Assembly: GCA_049591615.1 (NCBI GenBank)
Contig: JBAWFD010000048.1
Coordinates: 213 to 64,212 of the forward strand
DNA: 64,000 nt
From: Gammaproteobacteria bacterium
GTDB taxonomy: Bacteria; Pseudomonadota; Gammaproteobacteria; Natronospirales; REEB76
Direction: 5' to 3'
Shown: piece by piece, positions 58,082 through 64,000 of the stretch
Layout of the letters: each line of letters begins with the position of its first letter
How positions within the stretch are numbered: the first letter of the stretch is position 1
The notes under the pieces: model-generated
Told to the model about the DNA's origin: nothing
Database searches by the model: none
What the model saw: only the letters and a program-made list of their open reading frames with translations
Program-made: the position numbers and the translations under genes

Positions 58082-58402
58082 AAATTGGTTCAGATGGGCT
58101 GCGGTATCCAGATGATCCTCGTATCAAACGGCTTCAAACTGTTTGCTGTCAATCGTCAAGCTCGGACACGGCAGGTCCGTACCACAGGCACCTAAAGGTT
58201 ATCATGCTCATCGCAAGGCGTGGATCAGGCAGTCATCTGCTACACAAACTGCTGGATCAGCGAACCGGTCGCGCAAGTGTTTGATTAAAATTACAACGCG
58301 TTGATTCCCATGAAAATTATCGGCGGACAAAAATTACCCAATCTGGCACCCCGCTGTCATATCTGCGGAATTAACCTGCTTGCGGACAAAGCATCCACAA
58401 GT

Positions 58403-58425
58403 TTATCCACAGAATATGTGGATAA
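58403..58425. promoter_or_regulatory. Perfect palindromic pair of consensus DnaA boxes TTATCCACA-N5-TGTGGATAA
   Basis: TTATCCACA is at 58403-58411 and TGTGGATAA is at 58417-58425, 13 nt before the priA GTG. A third, 2-mismatch box GCATCCACA lies at 58391-58399. Confidence 0.5.
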
Positions 58426-58437
58426 AAAAGCAGGCCA

Positions 58438-60645
58438 GTGAAATCCCAGCAGACTCATTACCTGCGCGTGGCGGTACCCTCACCGTTATACAGTCATTTC
58501 GACTATCTACCGCCTATTGACTGTGAAATAAGCGCGTTGCTTCCGGGCATGCGTATGCGGGTTCCCTTTGGCAAACGTCATGTGGTCGGCGTGCTCATGG
58601 AGATCGCCGCGTACTCGGATATCCCGGCCACCCGATTGAAGCGCGTGCACCAGGTCTTGGATGAAATTCCGCTGATTCCCGCCGACATGCTGGCGCTGGC
58701 CCGCTGGGCAGCAGACTACTACCATCATCCCATCGGGGAAGTGATCCAGATGTTGCTGCCAGTGTCATTGCGCCAGGGCAAAACCACTGACTTGCGGGAG
58801 TTTGACACATGGCGGATCACGGCTTGCGGCAGGCAAGCAGGTGCCGTCGCGCTCAAGCGTGCCCCCAAACAATCGGCATTGTGGCAACTGCTGGTCCGGC
58901 ATCCAGAAGGCCTGGATGCTGCAAGCCTGGATGACCATATTCAGAGCTGGTCAGCGCCATTGAAACTTCTGATAAAACGCGGCTGGGTGGAAAAGATTCA
59001 GCGTCCATCTGCGCACGCCGGCTTCTGGAAACCCACTGAGCGTGTTGTCCTCAATGCTGCGCAAGCAACAGCCTCGGAAAAAATCCGTGCGGCGCTGGGG
59101 AGCTTTCAAGCATTCCTCCTGGATGGAGTCACCGGCAGCGGCAAAACCGAGGTCTATCTCCAAGTCATCGCGGAGACGCTGTCGCGAGGTCGGCAGGCGC
59201 TGGTGCTGGTGCCGGAGATCGGGCTCACACCGCAATTGCTCGAACGCTTCCGCACCGGCTTCGGTACGGTGGCGGTGTTCCATTCCGGCCTGAGCGACGC
59301 TGAGCGACTAGCCACTTGGCTGGCGGCGCGTGATGGTCGAGTACCCGTGGTCATCGGCACCCGCTCGGCGGTTTTCGTGCCGCTCAAAAATCCCGGGGTG
59401 ATCGTGGTGGATGAAGAACACGACAGCTCCTTCAAGCAGCAGGATGGTTTCCGCTATTCGGCGCGGGACATCGCGGTGGTGCGCGCCCAGCGCCAGTCCA
59501 TCCCGGTGGTGCTGGGCTCCGCCACACCCTCACTGGAATCCCTGCACAACGTCAACCAGCTGCGCTATGTGCATGTGGAATTGCCAGAACGCGCCGGCAA
59601 CGCCCTGCATCCCAGCATGCGTTTGTTGGATATCCGCAGCCGACCACTGGAGGATGGCTTGTCCGATCTGCTACAGGACGCCATGCGCCGGCATCTCGAG
59701 GCCGATGGCCAGGTACTGCTATTCCTCAACCGCCGTGGTTATGCGCCCACGGTCATGTGCCATGCCTGCGGCCAGACTCTGCAATGTCTGCGCTGTGATG
59801 CGCGCCTGACGTTGCACAGCGGCCGGCGTTTGCAATGCCATCACTGCGGCGCACAACGCCCCTTGCCCGCACGCTGCGGAAAGTGCGGCAGTTCGGATCT
59901 CGGTCATTTCGGCCAGGGCACCGAGCGCATCGAACGCGCCCTCGAGCGCTTGTTTCCGGATACCGGCATCGCACGCATGGACCGTGACAGCACCCGCCGC
60001 AAGGGCAGTCTGGAAAACTTGCTGGATACCATACGCAGCGGTGAAACCCGCATCCTGGTGGGTACCCAGATGCTCGCCAAGGGCCACGATTTCCCCAACG
60101 TCACGCTGGTGGGCATCCTGGATGCGGATCAGGGTCTGTTCGGCGTGGATTTCCGTGCCAGTGAACGCATGGCCCAACTCATTGTGCAGGTGGCGGGCCG
60201 GGCGGGCCGCGCTGAGCGACCTGGCGAAGTGTTGATCCAGACCCATCATCCGGATCATCCGTTGCTCACGCATCTGGTACGCGAGGGCTACGCCAGTTTT
60301 GCCGCCGCTGCATTGGCCGATCGGAGACTAGCCGGATTGCCGCCTTATGCTGCCATGGCGTTGCTACGTGCCGAGGCGGCCACGGCATCTCCGCCACAGG
60401 TGTTTCTGGAAACGGCGAAATCCGCGTTCGCGCCCCACTGTGGTACACAAGTGCAGATCCTGGGTCCGGCGCCCGCACCTATGGAGCGCCGCGCGGGACG
60501 ATACCGCGCGCAACTATTGCTGCTCGCCAGCCAGCGCGCACTGTTGCAGCAAGCTCTGGCCACCGCGCTGCCAAGCTTGGGGACACTCAAGCCCGCGCGT
60601 CGCGTGCGCTGGTCGCTGGATGTGGATCCTGCTGATATGGTTTGA
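58438..60645 (+). CDS. priA: Primosomal replication-restart helicase PriA
   Basis: The N-terminus [18 protein letters not shown] matches the PriA 3'-DNA-binding domain. It has Walker [17 protein letters not shown], and a Cys-rich Zn region [17 protein letters not shown]...CHHCG...CGKCG. Confidence 0.9.
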   Translation: MKSQQTHYLRVAVPSPLYSHFDYLPPIDCEISALLPGMRMRVPFGKRHVVGVLMEIAAYSDIPATRLKRVHQVLDEIPLIPADMLALARWAADYYHHPIGEVIQMLLPVSLRQGKTTDLREFDTWRITACGRQAGAVALKRAPKQSALWQLLVRHPEGLDAASLDDHIQSWSAPLKLLIKRGWVEKIQRPSAHAGFWKPTERVVLNAAQATASEKIRAALGSFQAFLLDGVTGSGKTEVYLQVIAETLSRGRQALVLVPEIGLTPQLLERFRTGFGTVAVFHSGLSDAERLATWLAARDGRVPVVIGTRSAVFVPLKNPGVIVVDEEHDSSFKQQDGFRYSARDIAVVRAQRQSIPVVLGSATPSLESLHNVNQLRYVHVELPERAGNALHPSMRLLDIRSRPLEDGLSDLLQDAMRRHLEADGQVLLFLNRRGYAPTVMCHACGQTLQCLRCDARLTLHSGRRLQCHHCGAQRPLPARCGKCGSSDLGHFGQGTERIERALERLFPDTGIARMDRDSTRRKGSLENLLDTIRSGETRILVGTQMLAKGHDFPNVTLVGILDADQGLFGVDFRASERMAQLIVQVAGRAGRAERPGEVLIQTHHPDHPLLTHLVREGYASFAAAALADRRLAGLPPYAAMALLRAEAATASPPQVFLETAKSAFAPHCGTQVQILGPAPAPMERRAGRYRAQLLLLASQRALLQQALATALPSLGTLKPARRVRWSLDVDPADMV

Positions 60646-60731
60646 AATACCCTTATCGCGCTTCTACGCGCACAGCCCAGACGGTAGAATTCAGTCCTGG
60701 TGTCGGCGCACGTCCTCGAGCAGGAATCTTT

Positions 60732-62417
60732 GTGAAACAACCGCTTGAAAACCTCCTGCAGACGACACTCAAAAAACTGGTTGGCGATCTCTTCCCGAAA
60801 GCTACGCTGCCAGCTGGCCCGCTGCTGGAACGCACGCGTGATCCGGCGCACGGTGACTTCGCCACCAACGTGGCCCTGATACTCGCCAAACAGGCTGGCA
60901 GAAAACCGCGCGAGCTGGCCCAGGCGATCATCGCGGCACTGCCTAGATCAGAGTTGGTCTCCAAAGTGGAGATCGCCGGCCCCGGCTTCATCAATTTCTT
61001 TCTGAGTGCGTCGGCCTATCACGAGCAGGTGAAAGCGATCCTCGCTGCAGGTGAGAACTACGGCCGCAGCGATTCCGGGAAAGGTCGGCGGGTCGGCGTT
61101 GAATTCGTGTCGGCCAACCCGACCGGTCCGCTGCATGTCGGGCATGGCCGTAACGCGGCGATCGGCGACAGTCTCGCACGTCTGCTGGAGGTGACCGGCT
61201 GGCAAGTGACGCGTGAATTCTATTACAACGATGCCGGGGTGCAGATAAATAACCTGGCACTATCGGTACAGGCCCGCTGCCAAGGCATCGCGCCGGAACA
61301 ACCCGGCTGGCCGGTTGATGGTTATCGCGGCGACTACATCGCCGACGTGGCGCGTGCTTACCTGGCTGGCGAGTCAGTCACCGCCGATGGCCATACCGTC
61401 ATAGGTAGTGGTGACGCCGAAGATCTGCAAGTCATCCGTCGGTTTGCGGTAGCGGCTTTGCGTCACGAACAGGATCTGGACCTGAAAGCTTTCGGCGTGC
61501 ATTTTGATGTGTACTTTCTGGAATCCTCGCTCTACACCGACGGCAAAGTCGAGGAAGCCGTGCGTGAACTCATCGCACATGGCCACACCTACGAGGAAGA
61601 CGGCGCCCTATGGTTGCGTACCACCGATTTTGGTGACGACAAGGATCGCGTGATGCGCAAATCCGACGGAACCTACACCTACTTCGTGCCAGACGTTGCC
61701 TACCACCTTTCCAAATGGCAACGCGGCTATCAGCGCGCCATGACTGTGCTCGGTGCCGATCATCATGGTTCGCTGGCGCGGGTACGCGCCGGTCTGCGGG
61801 CGCTGGATGCCGGTATTCCCCAGGATTATCCCGAGTATGTGCTCTACCAGATGGTCACCGTGATGCGGAGTGGCGAGGAAGTGAAGCTGTCCAAGCGCGC
61901 CGGCAGTTATGTGACGCTGCGCGATCTCATCGATGAAGCGGGTCGCGATGCTACCCGCTATTTCCTGGTGGAACGCAAGGCCGATTCCAAGCTGACTTTC
62001 GATATCGACCTGGCGCGTTCCCAGAGCAACGAGAACCCAGTGTACTACATCCAGTATGCGCATGCGCGCATCGCCAGCGTGTTCCGCCAGTTGGCGGAAA
62101 AAGGATTCACATGGGATGAGAAAAATGGCAAAGCCAGCTTGGCAAAATTAACGCAGGCCCACGAACAGGCGTTACTCGTTAGCCTGTCGCGCTTACCGGA
62201 GATCATAGACACGGCGGCGCGCAATCTGGAACCGCATCTGGTGGCCGCCTATCTGCGTGAGCTGGCCAACGACTTCCATACCTATTACGACGCGCACACC
62301 TTCATCGTGGATGATGCCGCGCTGCGCGATGCGCGCCTCGCGTTGATCGCTGCCACCCGTCAGGTATTGCAGAACGGCCTTAAGCTGTTGGGCGTATCAG
62401 CTCCGGAGCGCATGTGA
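60732..62417 (+). CDS. argS: Arginine--tRNA ligase
   Basis: HIGH-type motif [16 protein letters not shown] and a DALR anticodon-binding C-terminus. I prefer GTG 60732 (MKQPLENLL...) over the track ATG 60642. Confidence 0.9.
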   Translation: MKQPLENLLQTTLKKLVGDLFPKATLPAGPLLERTRDPAHGDFATNVALILAKQAGRKPRELAQAIIAALPRSELVSKVEIAGPGFINFFLSASAYHEQVKAILAAGENYGRSDSGKGRRVGVEFVSANPTGPLHVGHGRNAAIGDSLARLLEVTGWQVTREFYYNDAGVQINNLALSVQARCQGIAPEQPGWPVDGYRGDYIADVARAYLAGESVTADGHTVIGSGDAEDLQVIRRFAVAALRHEQDLDLKAFGVHFDVYFLESSLYTDGKVEEAVRELIAHGHTYEEDGALWLRTTDFGDDKDRVMRKSDGTYTYFVPDVAYHLSKWQRGYQRAMTVLGADHHGSLARVRAGLRALDAGIPQDYPEYVLYQMVTVMRSGEEVKLSKRAGSYVTLRDLIDEAGRDATRYFLVERKADSKLTFDIDLARSQSNENPVYYIQYAHARIASVFRQLAEKGFTWDEKNGKASLAKLTQAHEQALLVSLSRLPEIIDTAARNLEPHLVAAYLRELANDFHTYYDAHTFIVDDAALRDARLALIAATRQVLQNGLKLLGVSAPERM

Positions 62418-62995
62418 TGGCCAAGGATTACAAACACAGTCCGAAACCCAAGGACAAGCCGCGCAAGAAAAATTCCGGTGTGCCGGGCTGGGGCGGGTTC
62501 GTCATCGGCATCATCGTGGCCGCCGTAATCATCAAGGGCGCGCCCATGGTGTGGAAAAAGGTCGAGCAGCGCATCAACCCTAATGGCCTGCAGCTGGTAA
62601 AATCATCGGTGCAGAGCGCCTCGAAAGCACCTGCTGCCAGCAGCACACCGGCGCAACCGCATTTTGATTTCTACAAGCTGCTGCCGTCCTTCCAGGTGGT
62701 GATCCCCAGCCAAGACAAGGAAACCCGCGCCGGTGACGTTCCAGGCCCGGTCAGCCAACCCGGCACTTACATCCTGCAGGTGGGTTCGTTCCAGAGCTAC
62801 GCGGAAGCCGACAAACTCAAGGCTAACCTAGCTTTGCTGGGTGTCGAATCCAGCATCCAACAGGTCAAGGTCAACAACGGCAGTGTCTGGAACCGGGTGC
62901 GCATCGGCCCCATCCAGAGCCTCTCTCAGCTTAATTCCTTGCGCGCCAAGCTGGCCCAGAATCATATTGAACCACTGGTCATCAAAACCAATTAA
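62414..62995 (+). CDS. SPOR domain-containing cell-division protein
   Basis: An N-terminal TM segment and a C-terminal SPOR domain ([25 protein letters not shown]...WNRVRIGP). Confidence 0.8.
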   Translation: MMAKDYKHSPKPKDKPRKKNSGVPGWGGFVIGIIVAAVIIKGAPMVWKKVEQRINPNGLQLVKSSVQSASKAPAASSTPAQPHFDFYKLLPSFQVVIPSQDKETRAGDVPGPVSQPGTYILQVGSFQSYAEADKLKANLALLGVESSIQQVKVNNGSVWNRVRIGPIQSLSQLNSLRAKLAQNHIEPLVIKTN

Positions 62996-63020
62996 CGGCA
63001 TTATTGATATGGAATGGCGC

Positions 63021-64000
63021 TCAAACTTCAGTCTCATCCCCGCCCAGACTGCGGAAATCAATCCCCAGTGAATTGAGCTTGCGATACAGATGCGTGCGCT
63101 CCATGCCCACGCGTTCCGCCAGCTTGCCCACCTTGCCGCCGCACAGCTGCAGTTGCTGCTGCAGGTAGGCGCGCTCGAAATGCTCGCGGGCCTCGCGCAA
63201 GGGCATGGCCAGGAGATCCTGCTTCACCAGCGGTTCATCGGCAGTGTACGGCGTGAGCGCACTTTCCACTTCCTCCAGGGACACCTCACTCTCGTCGCCC
63301 AGCATCAAACAACGCTGCACCAGGTTCCTGAGTTCCTGGAGGTTGCCGGGCCAGGGATAATTGCGCAGGCGGTTCTGGGCTGCCACGCTGAAACGCCGAT
63401 ACTTGAGATCATCGCTGTCCGCCAGGGCATCGGTGTAATAGCGCAGCAATTCCGGCACGTCTTCACGGTATTCACGCAGCGGAGGAATGCGGATCGCCAC
63501 GGCCGCCAGGCGCTCATATAAGTCCGTACGAAAACGCCCGTCCGCAACGCGCGTTTCAATCTCCGGCCGCGCCGAAGACAGCCAACGTACATCCAGGGTC
63601 TGGGAAGTGTGTCCGCCGACACGTGTGTAACGTCCTTGCTCTAATACTTTCAAGAATAGATTCTGCGCCTCCGGCGACATGTCGGTGAGATCATTCACAA
63701 ACAAGGTGCCATCGCGGGCCTCATCCAACCATCCCGGTTCAATGTGTCCATCCTGCTCACGACCCAATAATTTTTCTTCGGTTTCTTCGGCACTCAAACC
63801 TGTGAGTGCCACATTCACGAACGCTCCTGCAGCACGCGGACTGATGGCGTGAATATGGCGAGCGATGCTCTCTTTGCCGCTACCAGGCTCTCCCACCAGC
63901 AGCACCGTGGATTCATGCGGCGCCACCCGCCGGCATTGATCACGCAATATCTGCATGGGCCGGCTTTTGCCCAAAGGATCCAGCGGTGATTGCGATCCGC
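63021..64000 (-). CDS. AAA+ sigma54-interaction-domain response regulator with Fis-type HTH, NtrX-like (GAFTGA-less); N-terminus lies beyond window end
   Basis: The frame stays open to position 64000 (...GSQSPLDPLGKSRPMQ). It has Walker A GEPGSGKE, RTDLYERL, PPLREYREDV and a C-terminal HTH AERVGMERTHLYRKL. The segment where GAFTGA is expected reads GREQDGHIEPG. Confidence 0.8.
   Translation of the reverse strand, partial: GSQSPLDPLGKSRPMQILRDQCRRVAPHESTVLLVGEPGSGKESIARHIHAISPRAAGAFVNVALTGLSAEETEEKLLGREQDGHIEPGWLDEARDGTLFVNDLTDMSPEAQNLFLKVLEQGRYTRVGGHTSQTLDVRWLSSARPEIETRVADGRFRTDLYERLAAVAIRIPPLREYREDVPELLRYYTDALADSDDLKYRRFSVAAQNRLRNYPWPGNLQELRNLVQRCLMLGDESEVSLEEVESALTPYTADEPLVKQDLLAMPLREAREHFERAYLQQQLQLCGGKVGKLAERVGMERTHLYRKLNSLGIDFRSLGGDETEV

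Noticed and set aside
58310-58441. A 43-codon ORF upstream of priA, considered as a real gene.
   Set aside because: It has no Shine-Dalgarno sequence and no recognisable family, and it is below any confident length. The GTGA overlap with priA is suggestive but not sufficient, so I did not list it as a feature.

Overview
This 64-kb window is a proteobacterial chromosome segment. The gene content and an ECF-sigma/DUF3619/DUF3106 operon suggest a beta- or gammaproteobacterium, and GC looks to be in the high 50s percent by eye. I call about 60 protein-coding genes and found no rRNA, tRNA or CRISPR array. Most of the window is syntenic housekeeping: yicC, rph-rdgB-hemW, rpmE, gltA, mrcA, pilMNOPQ-aroK-aroB-dgt, pyrF-hemE, fadD, tesA/ybbA/ybbP, pntAA-AB-B, priA-argS. 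Three places look accessory or unexplained. (1) A strongly AT-rich single-gene SAM-methyltransferase cassette (29294-30347) is bracketed by two diverged direct copies of the last ~300 nt of the ybbP permease gene. This looks like the scar of an integration or one-sided recombination event, and no recombinase lies inside it. (2) A P4-type integrase gene runs off the left edge (1-758). It is absent from the ORF track and has a palindromic GTAGCTAC repeat cluster in its upstream region, so it marks the end of an island that lies outside the window. (3) DnaA-box clusters occur in two intergenic regions. One is in a 730-bp gene-free gap before rpmE, next to a ~22% GC tract. The other is a perfect TTATCCACA-N5-TGTGGATAA palindrome abutting the priA start. 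Smaller observations are a TetR-controlled OMF/EmrA/EmrB efflux operon, an Ogt plus AdaA-AlkA fusion repair pair, a deoxyhypusine-synthase-like operon divergent from a polyamine-type antiporter, a GAFTGA-less NtrX-like activator at the right edge, and an ECF sigma gene with no canonical start codon. I do not see a clear multi-gene novel system such as a defence island. All identity and GC figures are hand estimates.
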